The notes beneath the pieces are model-generated. The model had not been told where the DNA came from. It was given only the letters and a program-made list of their open reading frames with translations, and ran no database searches. The translations under genes and the position numbers were made by a program. A stretch of 64,000 bases of DNA from the human T2T-CHM13v2.0 reference genome, Homo sapiens, in assembly GCF_009914755.1 (NCBI RefSeq), contig NC_060931.1; one strand, written 5' to 3'. How positions within the stretch are numbered: position 1 is the stretch's first letter; the number at the start of each line of letters is the position of its first letter. Positions 14,001-29,301 of the stretch are shown piece after piece.

Positions 14001-16157
14001 CTGCCAGGTAATGGTGTAACGAAAATTACAAAGCAGATTGATGTGGTGTGATTCTTGACGTTACAAAAGCTTCCTTGTTTTTCAGAGGGAGTTCCCACAG
14101 GGGTTCTTTAGACAGGCAGTGCATTAAGGTTGCAGAAATTTACTTTCCAGAAGGTTTTAAAGGAACGCAGCTTCAATGGCAGCAAGGTACCTGAAACAGG
14201 AACCCTTCCAGAGTGTCTCTGTTTTGTTGGCCTTTGAGACCTGCCGCTTCTGACTGCGGGGACCTGGGCTGCCCCAGATCTGTCTGTCAGAAGCCTGGAG
14301 TTGTTAAGCTGGTGAAATTTAACACCACTGTAAAGAGCCCCTCACAGACAATTCAGGAACGCTTACAGATAGAAACCGGTCCTGGTTTTAAGGTGTAATT
14401 TTGCACAAGTGTTAACAACAAGAGATGGAATTGGTAACGAGGCACTGGGGTCGGATCTTCATATTTTTGTCACATTTCATCGGTGAGATCAGTAGGTCTG
14501 TCTCCCCTAAGAGGAGTGTGGAATTTAGTGTTTTTCCTTTTTTGGGCTGTGACCCAAGAGCTTGTTTTCAAGATATGTATTTATTTAGAATACAAGGCTC
14601 TTTTCCATAAGGAAAGAAAATGTTACAGAAATGAGCTCTCAGTTAATTGAATAAGAAACCTGTTCGTCTCATGACTCACTTAAGAGAGAGCTGGCAGCCC
14701 TTCCTGAATGCCTATTACAGGCGGCACTGTGTCCTTTTACTTAATCTTCCCAAGGAGGATGAGGGTTGCAGGCTCCCCAGGCCCATCGCTGTGTTGGTGA
14801 GTGACAGAGCCTCTGTAAAGGAATGGGGATGAGCTCTGAGCCCTTTTCCCGTGGGCTCTGCTGCCTGGAGGCATGCCCTCCCTCGGCTTGTCTTCCAGCT
14901 CTCGCACAGAACCAAGTGTTAACTGGTGGTGGTTTGGAGACGAGAGGAAATGGACCGTAAGGACCATTGAGTTGGCATAAGGAGACCAGGGCCCAACTCC
15001 GGACCCTACCAGAGCAGAGTCTTTCTCCTCTGTAATGTGAGACTGTAGAGCTCTAGAATGTTCCTTCTCCAACTCAGAGCTGATGCTGTCAGGGCCCTGC
15101 TGCAGGGTCCTTCAGTGGCTCCCTGTGGCCTGAAGGACAAGCCAGCTCCTGCCCTGGAAGCCGTGGGGATGTGGTCCTAGCCTGTGCTCCTGCCTCGCTC
15201 ACCTCCCTGGAACACCAGGGCCACCTCTCTGGGCTCCTCCTGTGCCCCAGTCTGCTCCTGCCACCCCTGTCCCACCGTGCTTCCTCCCTCCCTGTGCCTC
15301 AGCTCAGGCCTTGCCACCTGGAGCTCTGACCTCGTCCGTCTTGGAATGAGGCACCTGCATGGGTAGCCCATGGGTAGAGTTGCAGTCATCTGTTTGCTTT
15401 CGATTCACTCCCGCATCCCGACACAGTGCCCAGCACATCATCGATGAATGAGTGTGGGGCAAATGCTTGCACAGAAGTCCGTGCGTGAGCCACGACGGTA
15501 AACAGAGGCGCTCCTCTTGTCCTAATGTGGAACTCCCCAAGCTACGGGAAAGGGGTGCATATGGACCGCTGCTCACTCACGGCTCAGATACTTCCACGGT
15601 AATGGGTTGGCGACAGTGACTCAGCTTCTCATAGGTTCAAGCGGAAGAAATGGTGAGTCCTGGAGCACTGCTTGCTTTGAAGTCTGTTTCAGACTAGGGT
15701 CATGTTTCAAAGTTTTTGAATTTCTTTTTTATTCAAAAGACATTTGATGAGTTGACTATTGGGGGAACCTTGACCCCGGTGACTCCGTGGGACAGGGGAT
15801 ACCCCCGGGGTCCCTTATAAGCCTGCTGACTCACCGCCTGTTCTCCATCTTCTGTCTTCCACATTAGAAGCAAGGGCGGGGACATTGCCTTTCCCGGCCG
15901 CTGCGGTGTCCTGGCGCAGGGCACGTGCCTGAGGGCCCTTGGTCATCCGAGGGAGGACTGCACCAGGGACATCAGAGTGCTGATCTTACAGGAAACGGCA
16001 AATGAATGGAATTGGTCTGACTCCATATTACTCCTTACTTAGATGTAAAACAAATACACATGATTTTTCATCCTAGAAGAAAGTCTAAACGAACTCTTGA
16101 CAAAAACAGCCAAGTTCAGAGAAAGCTGACTCTGTTGGTGTAAGAAGCGTTTTTTCA

Positions 16158-16457
16158 GGCTGGGCTGCTGGCTCATGCCTGTAATCTCAGCACTTTGGGA
16201 GGCCGAGGCAGGTGGATCACTTGAGGTCAGGAGTTCGAGACCAGCCTGGCCAACATGGGGAAACCTCGTCTCTACTAAAAATAGAAAAATTAGCTGGGCG
16301 TGGTGGCGCATGCCTGTAATCCCAGCTACTTGGGAGACTGAGGCAGGAGAATCACTTGAACCCGGGAGGCAGAGGTTGCAGTGAGCTGAGATCACGCACT
16401 GCACTCCAGCCTGGGCAACAGAGCGAGAATCTGTTTCAAAAAAAAAAAGAAGAAGAA
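16158..16457 (+). mobile_element. AluS
   Basis: Alu consensus. Confidence 0.92.
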
Positions 16458-16945
16458 GCTGTTCTCCGTGAGTCAGCCCCGGTGTCTGATAAGTGTCTGC
16501 AGCTGACAGCTCAGAGCTGGTGTCAACCCACTTTGGAGGCTGGGGTGGGAGGCAAGAAACCCAGACAGAACCCCTCCTGGCTGCAAAACCTCCAGGCTTA
16601 ACTGTGGCGCCCACTCCATGGTGGGTCTTAACTCTCCTGAAAACACTTCATGGGCTGTGGGCCTCTCGGGTGCTTCTGCGCCAGCTCTTCCTCTTCACCT
16701 CCTGCCACAGATCTGTGTCCCCAGGCTCTCCTGTGTGTCTCCCTGCTCCTCCTTTCCCTCCAGGTCCGATTCCACAGCCCTGGGCTGCCTTTCCACCTCT
16801 GCCTTCTCTGGGGTATGTCCTCGCCTCTCCTGTCACCATTGTCCTCAGGGATCTTCCAGCTTTCCAGGCATTTGGAAAGAGGCCTCCATACCTTGATGTG
16901 GCCTCCCAGGTTCCTTGCGACAGAGTCCTGCGTCGGGATACCAGG

Positions 16946-17297
<352 letters not shown>

Positions 17298-18299
17298 TCA
17301 TTCCATCAGATTCTGCTCCTCCTCCAAGGCTCGGCTCAGGGGCCTGCCCCTCCATGAACCTTCCCAGCCCTCAGCCCCCTTCCTTCCTATTCCCCCAGCA
17401 CCGACGTCACCTCATCCTGCCCGACTCTGTAGCATGCAGGCCTCCGTCCTCCACCCAGCTGCAGAACCGGAGACCTCAGGTGGTATCTGGTTCCACGTGT
17501 CCCCAATGGCACCTCGCCTGGAACGATGTCTGCGCCGACCAGTGATAACAATCGAAATAGCAGGCGTGGCTGACCGTGTGCCGAGGCTCGGCGTGCCGCA
17601 CTGGCCAGCCGTGATTTCATCTCAGCCTCTAGCATCCTGCTGGGGTAGGTTAATAATCCCTGGATTTCTCAGATGGGAAATGTTAGGAAAGTCTGTAAGC
17701 CCCCATGGAAGGTCCCGGAGCCCAAATTCAAACCCGAGTGGAGCGTTCTGTTGCTTCACTGTGCTCTGGTGTGAATTTTAATGTAAGGCCCTGGCATTTA
17801 AGAGCTCGAAGACACCATGGAGGTGGAGAGCTCAGCCCTGTCATTGGATGGAAGCTGAGACTGGTGAGATTCTCACCGGGGCTTTTGCAGGGAGTTTGGG
17901 GGAATTTTGAAGGTGGTACAGGTGTTCTGACCCCAACACCATCTCCTCCAGCTGGGCCACACACTTATTTCCTGCTCCTACCCCCGTCCTTCCCACCCCT
18001 TGGATTCTGGGTGTACAGAAGAGTGGGCACATGCTAAGGTCAGCCCTGGGTTAGCCTCATGGACAAGGTGGGCCTGGAGCAGGAACCCGCCTGATAGAAG
18101 ACACTCAAAGTCTGTCCGTACACGCTCGGTGTGGGCATCGCTTGCACGCAGGTGCAGCTTTTGCTGTGGGAAACCACTTTAAATGAATTGATAGCCTCAC
18201 CACAGTGGAGCCATGGCCCGACTGTGGAGAGACTCCATTGTAGAGAAATATTTGAGTGAAAGGTTTCATGTCAGAATAGCATCTGCATGCAAATAAGAG

Positions 18300-18590
18300 G
18301 CATGGGCGGGTGCAGTGGCTCACACCTGTAATTCCAGCTACTTGAGAGGCAGAGGCAAGATGATCTCTTGAACCCGGGATTTTGAGACCAGCCTGGACAA
18401 CATGGTAAGACCCCATCTCTTAAGGAAAAAAAAAAGGTTTAAATTAGCTGGGCGTGGTAGTCCCCGTAGATGAAGTTATTTGGGAAGCTGAGGCAAAAGG
18501 ATTGCTTGAGCCCTGGAGTTCAAGGCAGTAGTGAGCTATGATTGTGCCACTGCATTCCAGACTGGGCAACAGAGCCAGACCCCATCTCTT
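18300..18590 (+). mobile_element. AluJ (its A-tail is displaced to about 18920)
   Basis: Alu consensus. Confidence 0.88.
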
Positions 18591-18591
18591 T

Positions 18592-18940
<349 letters not shown>

Positions 18941-19645
18941 TAAATGGGGAAAACACTCTTGAGACAAGACCAAAACATACAGTGGCTGCTAAATGTCAGT
19001 GCCATGAGCCCAGGGTTCTCCTACATCCCCTTCCGTGGTCAGGGAGGACTGCTGGGCTCTGTGTCTTCTGTGATTCTCCCCTGGCTCTGAGCCCTTTGCA
19101 CCTGCAACTCACAGCGCCGCTCAGGTCCCTGGGGGTAAAGTGCCATAGGATAAAAGCCACAGGAGGGTTTTGAAATGCTCTTTTCCTCTCAGATATGTAT
19201 TTCCGCATCTTTACGGAGTCTCATCAACGCTTTTTAAACCTCCCCTGGGATTTGAACCAGCGCCCATAGATACAGGTGGCTTGTCAGGTCAGCTAGGTGC
19301 TGCTACTGAGGCAGCATCTGTCCCTAGCCCCGCACCCACAGGTTCAGAAGGGGAACGCTTCCCCCGGGTGGCTTATGAGATCCAGTACTTCTAGTTTCAC
19401 TTCTTTAAAAATACCGTAAAAAAGAAAAAGGCTGTCAAAACACAAGCAGTGTTTGAAACGAAGCTTTGTAGGTCCCCCTACACCACCACCGTCGTGGGCA
19501 GCATAGCGGATGAGTTCTGGGACACCAGCTAAAATGTGGGCAAGAGAAGCCAGGGCGCGTAGCAGATGTGTGTGTGTATCTTTATGGGATTCAAGTCATG
19601 TCTCTGTTTTGTTGACCAACTTCCGCTAGAATTCATAGCCATCTA

Positions 19646-20256
<611 letters not shown>

Positions 20257-21274
20257 ATATGTATCAGTAGGTTAATCTAGACTTTGTTTACATGGGCCAA
20301 GTGGCCAAGGTCACATCTTAGAGTTGTGGACTGTATAATCAGGTAAGTGTGGCTACAGTCACAGAAAGTCAGGGTAGAAAGAGGCTTGGAGGGGGGTGCA
20401 CTTCTTCTAGCCAGAGCTTTCCTACTGAGCTCCTTAAAGCACAGGGGAAAGTGGGACGGGGTTGGGGGGCAACCTAAAACCCACCCCCTCCCATCTTCAA
20501 CCAGTGCGACCCTGTTTTTACCTGCTCAGCAGTATTGTGCATCCCTGTAAAATTTTATTTGAAAATGGCCTTCTGCAGTTAAAACTACAAAAAAAGGTTG
20601 AAAGTGGCCAACTTAAACTCCACTCTGTTTCTTTTTTGATTGGGGAGACTGGTGTGCATAGAAGGGAGGTGTCAGCTAACGAGACTGTTACCTCACCACA
20701 GATGCCCACCCGTGGGTGATGGAGCTCCCAAGTCCTGGGCCACACCCTACGTGCCCCATGCCCAGCAAGTTGGGTGGGGGAGGGGTCAGTACATGTTTGT
20801 AAGATAAAGAAAAACATCCTTCCCAATCAGCCGTATTACCCAGAGGGTGATACTGATTTAGATCTTATTTCAGTTTGGTTAGAGAAGCTCAGGTACCAGT
20901 GAGCAGAAGTCTGGCCATTGTGGTGGCTTCTGGAAGATGATGTGCCATACTGTTAGCAGGGGTGCAATTTGGGGTGTGAGGCCACCAGAGCTTTGATTTC
21001 CGCCCCCGCCGCCCCCCTCCAACCCCCGCCCCGCCGGATTATTTGGAGTTTTTTTATTGTTGTTCATGGTAATTACCTGCTATTAGACAACAATCTAGTT
21101 CCATTTGCAATAGGGAATAATACGTCTGTGACACAGTCTCCAGACTTAGGGAGCCTCTGGCCACCCCGAGGGGGCCCTGGTCATTCTGCTGCTGGTCATG
21201 CCTAGCTCTGGGTGGCCGACTAGGTGGCCTGGGCGGGAGGGTCCACTCTTTGCCTTTATAAAAAGAAGGGCTTG

Positions 21275-21705
<431 letters not shown>

Positions 21706-22543
21706 TCAGGCCTCCCAGGGGAGCACTTACCTTTTCATTTCATAGTATGTCGGAGCTGCTGATGCAGGAATAAAGCAAAGTGCCTGGCACTCTGCGCGAC
21801 TGCTATTTTTTCATTCATTCATATATTTGTCCTTCCTCTACACATGTATGGCAGATTAACAAAAGCACCTCCACGGCCTAGCTATGTGGCCCCCACGGGT
21901 TTCTTAGCCTCTCTGAGCAAGTTGGACAGGGCTGCCTTTTCCTCTCCCTAACTCTGACTTCTGTCCCAGCCTCTTCCATCTAATGTCAGCCCTCATCCCT
22001 GCCTGCCCCTCCCGGTGCAGACTGGGACATTCTCAGGCTGTTTGAGCCACCCCTTCATCCTCTGTGCTTTTCCCTGGCATCCTGGACTCCCTTCTCCCCT
22101 TCATGGTGCTCCTAGGCCATTCCCAGCGCTCCTGTTACTCTCTCTGTCCTCCCAGCCCCAAACCCGTCCAGCTCTGTATCCATCTGCCTGGCTGCCATTC
22201 ATGCTGCAGACGTAGCACTCCCAGAGCCCATCTGTCTCCACACATTGAGGCTTCCAGCCCCCTAACCCCGGTAGTGGCCACAGTGCCCAGTGGGCCACCC
22301 CAGCCAAGCCCAAGAGTGGCCACATGGGAGCCCTTCTTCCATCTCCCTCCCCTCATCCACACATTACCAAGTCTTGCCAATTTCATCTCCTGAGGACCTC
22401 AGCTTCTGTCATTCTCTCCCCATTATACTGCAGTTGCCACCGTTATTTCTCTCCTAGACCTTGGCTGGCATTACTTGGACATTCATTTCTTTGGAATCTC
22501 TTGGCCAGCTTTGCACACCTTTAACTAGACTAAGAAGATTTGA

Positions 22544-23012
<469 letters not shown>

Positions 23013-23029
23013 CTAGAAGAGAAACATTA

Positions 23030-23327
<298 letters not shown>

Positions 23328-24053
23328 GAGAGAGAGAAACAAACATGGCAGCTCAGAAACCTGGCTGGGGGTGATTGTGGGGAACTGCTGCTGACGGGCT
23401 CTTGGGCACACCCCTCACTCCAGCCATTCTGCCTGGATGCCTTAGGAACACTCCTCATACCCTCCTAAGAGTCCCATCCAGGCCGCCATGGCTCACTTAT
23501 CCCTGCCACGTGGACTCCAGAAAACATTCTCAGTAGAAACCCACAGAAACTGTTCCCAGTCACAAAGCACGCCAGGTGCATCCTGTTCTTTCTGTCATTT
23601 AAAAAAATGAATGTGTCTCTATCCCTCCTTCTTATAAAACAGTACCCTCTCACCCTGCATGGCTTAAATTCTGGTCTATCTTACGCCTTTGGATTCAATG
23701 ACCTTCATCAAATGTCTGCAAGGCAAGGGCCATTTACAGTAAACATGGTGGGAACTTAGCAATGTACTTGGGAAATAAATTCTGGTCACCAAATAGAGAA
23801 GCAAATGCAACAAATAATCCCACAGACCATTATAAAATGTCTTTTAGACGATAGTTGTCAAGAATTAGAGTTACTCGTCCAAAACTGTTGTTGGTGTTTG
23901 GAAGCATCCAAACATCGGCTGGCCCATGTCCCATAGGGGCGTCTGCTTAGCACCCTGGTGAGTGGAGAGTTGTGTGTATGGGGACTTAGCAGAGTGGGAA
24001 GCAGCTTGCAGGAAGGTTGCCAACGCTTATTAATATTTACCAAAAAGATGCAG

Positions 24054-24347
24054 GACCGGCTGCGGTGGCTCACGACAGTCCTCCCAGCACTTAGGGAGGC
24101 CGAGGTGGGTGGATCACCTGAGGTCAGGGGTCCAAGACCAGCCTGGGTAAAATGTAGAAACTCCATCTCTCCTAAAAATACAAAAATTAGCCGGGCATGG
24201 TGGTGCACACCTGTAGCCCAGCTACTCGGGAGGCTGAGGCAGGAGAATCGCTTGAACCCAGGAGGCGGAGATTGCATGAGATGAGATCGCGCCACTGCAC
24301 TCCAGCCTGGGCAACAAAGAGCAAAACTCCATCCAAAAAAAAAAAAG
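24054..24347 (+). mobile_element. AluS
   Basis: Alu consensus; TSD AGATGCAGGA. Confidence 0.9.
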
Positions 24348-24834
24348 AGAGAGAGATGCAGGACCATCTGCCTATGTTCCATTTTGGTGATGATATCTGA
24401 CCTTCTGGGAGAGAGAACATCTTACCCCACAGACCCAGGAAGGCATGCACATGAGGATGGCAGGAGAGTGGCTGTGGACACTTCCTGTGTCACCATCCTC
24501 TGCTCTAGGTGTGTACTGGTCACAGGCACAGGACAGAAGGCTCCCCAGAGTCCGATCCCGTCTCTTGAGCTCAGCTGGCTATCCTGGAACCCCCCAACCC
24601 GCTGACCTTTGGAAGTGGACAGCAGCCCACGCCTGCAGGTGGTCCGGCCCTGCTGTGCAGCCCTGTTACAGCACGTTGTGTTTTTCTGGCTTGTCTCTGC
24701 CAAGCCCCATGTGACCATGGAGGGGGCCCCGAGCAGACCTGGGGGTGGCGGTACTGAGGCAGAGGCAGGCGCACAGTGGTTTCCAAGGGAGAAAATGAAT
24801 TCATGATCTAAAATGCAAAACCTTAATTATGCCT

Positions 24835-24970
24835 GACTCCTTTCCTCCCTCCCTCCCTCATTTCTCTCCCTCCCTCCCTCCCTCCCTCCATCCATCCTTC
24901 CCTCGTTTCCTTCCCTCCGTCTTTTTCCTTCCCTCCCTTACTTCCTTCCTCTCTTCCTCCTACCCTTCAT
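24835..24970. repeat. CT-rich polypyrimidine low-complexity tract
   Basis: (CCCT/CCTT)n-like. Confidence 0.85.
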
Positions 24971-25190
24971 TGACCTTTCATTTTGTGACTTTGTCAAATA
25001 CAGCCCCAGGCTATCTTCTCTTTCTCCTCTGCTCCAGGTTGTTTTCTCTTGCTCCTCTGCCGCATACATACCCTTCCACCCTGCGTCTGCCCATGGAAAT
25101 CTCGTGTCCCCTCCAGTATTCCTGCCCACAGTGGCCTTTGTTAGGAAATTCCGGCACAGTCTCCTCACAGGGCAGCCCTTCTGGGAATCG

Positions 25191-25234
25191 CTCCCCTGCG
25201 CTCGTGTGCACTCCCCTGCGCTCGTGTGCACTCC
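25191..25234. repeat. Perfect 20-bp tandem duplication (CTCCCCTGCGCTCGTGTGCA x2)
   Basis: Read directly. Confidence 0.95.
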
Positions 25235-25485
25235 GGCCCAGCCTTCAGAGCTGCTTACCTGGCTCTTGTCTTGTGTCCTCTGACCGCCCATCAGGGCCTG
25301 CCCATGGGGCTCTGTCTGCAGGGGAGCAGCCCCAAACACAGTCCTTGTCAGCACGCCGATCTGGACCTGAATTGGGCCCTTGCACACACTAGCTGTGGAC
25401 CGAAGACAAATCAGGTTCTCCCCGTCCCCAGAGTGGGGAAAGCGGTAGTGTGGGCCTCCCTGGGGTGCCCATGATGGTGTAATGA

Positions 25486-25862
<377 letters not shown>

Positions 25863-26371
25863 AGCTAACTTTTCAATTTATAAACACTAATACCTACTTG
25901 TGTCCCGTGGCCTCATCTCAGCCATGTGAGGCCGATGTTGTGCCCATTGTACAGATGGCAGAGCGCAGCTGTGTGTGCAGTGCGGATTGCAGGACTGTGC
26001 CTGAGTCTGGGACAGGGTCTTTGCCACAGCTCTTGGGATCCTCTCTTCTCATCAATGTTATCTCAGAGAGCTTTCACTGTTGGATAAGAGGTTGACCCTG
26101 GACCCCACCCCAGTGCTGCTGGGCCCTGTGGGCACTCACAGAGCAGTCCTTGCTGGCCTGACTCATATTCCTGAGTCTCAGGGGTTCCTGTGCCACCAGA
26201 GAACGAACTCCCCAACTGTCAGTCACTCAGCTCAGTGCCTGTATCTTAAATTGGGCACCTTTAGCAAAAGTGCAGTGTGGAACTGTGTATCCTGCTGCCC
26301 CAGCCCAGGACCTAGCACAGAGCCGGGTACTGTGCCATAATAAGCCTTGGTAAAGGCTGCTGTAGGCTTCA

Positions 26372-26612
26372 CAGTACAGATGGCAGGGCTGTGCCCGGGC
26401 TGCAGGCTCCCATTTACCAGATGTGTGCAGTGTGGATTGCAGGGCTGTGCCCGGCTGCAGGAACACATTTACTGGATGTGTGCAGCACGGATTGTAGGGC
26501 TGTGCGTGGGCTGCAGGCACACATTTACTGGGTGTGCACAGTGCGGATTGCAGGACTGTGTCTGAGCTGTAGGTGCACATTTACCGAGTGTGCACAGTGT
26601 GGATTTCAAGAC
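26372..26612. repeat. About 56-bp minisatellite, about 4 degenerate copies
   Basis: CATTTAC recurs at 26411, 26466, 26522 and 26578. Confidence 0.9.
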
Positions 26613-27421
26613 TTAGAGATGAGACAGCCAGTTCCTGTCCTGCCCAAGGGTCGGGCAGGGATACGCATCAAAGACCCTGGGCATCTTTCCCAGCCCGGGC
26701 GGTGCCCCCAGCCATCGCTTCTCAGCAGGACAGCCGGCAGGGCATCTGTCGTCTTCGTCCACCAGCATCACGACCTGTTTGGGGGAGAAGTAGTATTTCC
26801 ACACCCCACTCAGGGCGATAGCGTTTGAGGAAGAAGAGAAAGAGAGACTTTTGGCTTTCCTGATTTCAATCTTTCTGAAGGTGGACCCATCACTGGTGAA
26901 AAAAATTGGTTTTTTTGGAACCAAGAAAGCAGCCTCGGCCTCCAGTGCCTGACCAGGCTCTGGCCAGGGTATAGGATCCTGGCGAGGATGCTGTGCTGTG
27001 TTGGGCAGGAAGCCACTTCCTCCCTCTAAACGTCAGTGTCCAGCTCTCTCTTCGTCGCTTTCTTAAGTTGAGGGAGCTGCTATGCCAAGGGCAAGCAAGA
27101 AACAGGCCCCTGAGCCCCCAGGTTCACGGCTGGGCTTTGAAGCAGGAGTTTCCTCTTCGCCCTCGGGCCACACCTCTGTAGGGTGCCTCTGCAGCATTTC
27201 CCTCCTCGGGCAGGAGCCTAGCTTGCAGAGGACAGACAGGCAGGAATGCTGGCCTCCATCGTGCCACCAGATCCTGTCCCCAGGCAAGCAGGAGGGGAGG
27301 GGAGGCAGTCTCATCACTGCAGCAGGAGGGGCCACCTCTGGAGTCCGCATGGCTGTGGCTGGGCTGTGCTTCTAGAAGCAGCAGCTGTCGCCTCCACTCT
27401 CTAGGGATTTTTATCTTTCCT

Positions 27422-27578
27422 TTACAAACTTTTTTTTACCTTTTTTTTTTTTTTTTTTTTTTTAAGATGGGGTCTTGCTTGTTGCCCAGGCTGGTCTCAA
27501 ATTCCTGGACTCATGTGATCCTCCTGCCTCAGCCTCCCAAAGTGATGGGATTACAGGCATGAGCCACCGCGCCTGGCC
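27422..27578 (-). mobile_element. FLAM / Alu left monomer
   Basis: Left-arm consensus; perfect 16-bp TSD GATTTTTATCTTTCCT at 27406-27421 and 27579-27594. Confidence 0.88.
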
Positions 27579-28099
27579 GATTTTTATCTTTCCTACCAGC
27601 CTTTTCATATGAGCTGAGCCTGCAGGCTGTGCCTAAGCATAGCCCTTTGAACTTGATTGACCATGAGCTTTGAAAGGCTGCTTTGCAGTCTCAGTTCTCT
27701 GGCAAATACACCAGCTCGGTTAAGACGACTTTTCTTTGATTGATGTCGGCTACATCTAGAAAGCAGGATTGCCACCACTCCTCGAAGCACCCCACGATTA
27801 GAGTGTCTGAGCGCTGCTTCTGCTCTGCTGAGGCTGGTGACAAATTGCCTGGAAAGACCTCCTGACAGAGGATGACGGGCTCGTCTGCAGCAGGGCCGCT
27901 TGCAGCCCAATTGCTTCCAAGATTAAACCTTTCCAAGGCAGTCTGCACTGCCCCATACACAGTTGGGCTGCTTGGTTTAAGATTATGGATGAATGTACTG
28001 AATTGGATCTCATTTAAAAATATATAGGTTTTGAAGTTTGAGGGCTCAGGAAGAAAATGAAATCCTTTGTCCCAAACCAGGGCCTGGTTTTATCAGTGG

Positions 28100-28140
28100 C
28101 ATGCGTGCGTGTGTGTGTGCGTGTGTGTGTGCATGTGTGT
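28100..28140. repeat. (TG/CG)n microsatellite
   Basis: Read directly. Confidence 0.85.
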
Positions 28141-28144
28141 TCTA

Positions 28145-28450
<306 letters not shown>

Positions 28451-28982
28451 GAGAGAGAGAGAGAGACCCTAGTTTAGCTCTTTTGGAAAGCAGCTGCCCT
28501 GCATTGAGACACATGTGTCTTAAGCTTGCTTCTGGACGCTAGCACTAAAATAGCAATCGGACTCTGGATGCCTCTCACAGGCAACTTGTCCACAAAACCA
28601 CTTCCAAATGTTTTCCCAAGTGCATGCGTCTGACCCAGGCTTCTTTCTCATCCGCCTCTTGTGGAAGGAAGATCGCATCTTGAGTTCTAAAGATTTTTAA
28701 ACAATCTCATACCTGCAGAGCAATGTATATTTCAAGACCATTGACATTGGAAAACATTCTTGTTTAATCAATGACTCTGGTCCTGCTTTAGATTTCTCCA
28801 AAAATAGCCAGATCCCGTGGGCACGTTGAAGCTGCAGCCCATTGTGCAGAATTGCTTAATGTGTACCTCACCTGGTTTTGGCCTTCACACAACTGTTGCT
28901 CCCTTAGCAAGGGGTTCATTTGGTTGGGTTTTATGTGCAGGAATGCTGGTGGGTTGGGTGAGTATTAGTATTTAAGGGAAGG

Positions 28983-29301
28983 TTTTGTTTTTGTTTTGTT
29001 TTGTTTGTAAGAGCTAGGGTCTCACTTTGTCACCCAGGCTGGAGTGCAGTGGTGCGATCATAGCTCACTGCAACCTCAAACTCTTGGGCTCAGGTGATCC
29101 TCCCACCTCACCCTCCCTGAGTAGATGGGACTATAGGGTGTGCATCACCATGCCAGGCTAATACTGTTTATTTGTATTTTTGTAGAGGTGGGGTATCGCT
29201 TTGTTGCCCAGGCTGGTCTTGAACTCATGGGCCTCAAGTAATCATCCCACCTTGGCCTCCCAAAGCATTGGGATTACAGGCATGAGTCACCATGCCTGGC
29301 C
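28983..29301 (-). mobile_element. AluJ
   Basis: Alu consensus. Confidence 0.9.

Noticed and set aside
26372-26612. CRISPR-like repeat array
   Set aside because: Units are contiguous and degenerate with no unique spacers, the context is eukaryotic and there are no cas genes.
26227-26828. Cys-rich CxxC ORFs resembling metallothionein or zinc fingers
   Set aside because: By-product of the TG/GC-rich 56-bp minisatellite; there is no splice or promoter context.
27691-27960. Protein-like 89-aa antisense ORF
   Set aside because: No family recognised and no retrogene hallmarks (poly-A, TSD). The region is better explained as motif-rich non-coding DNA.
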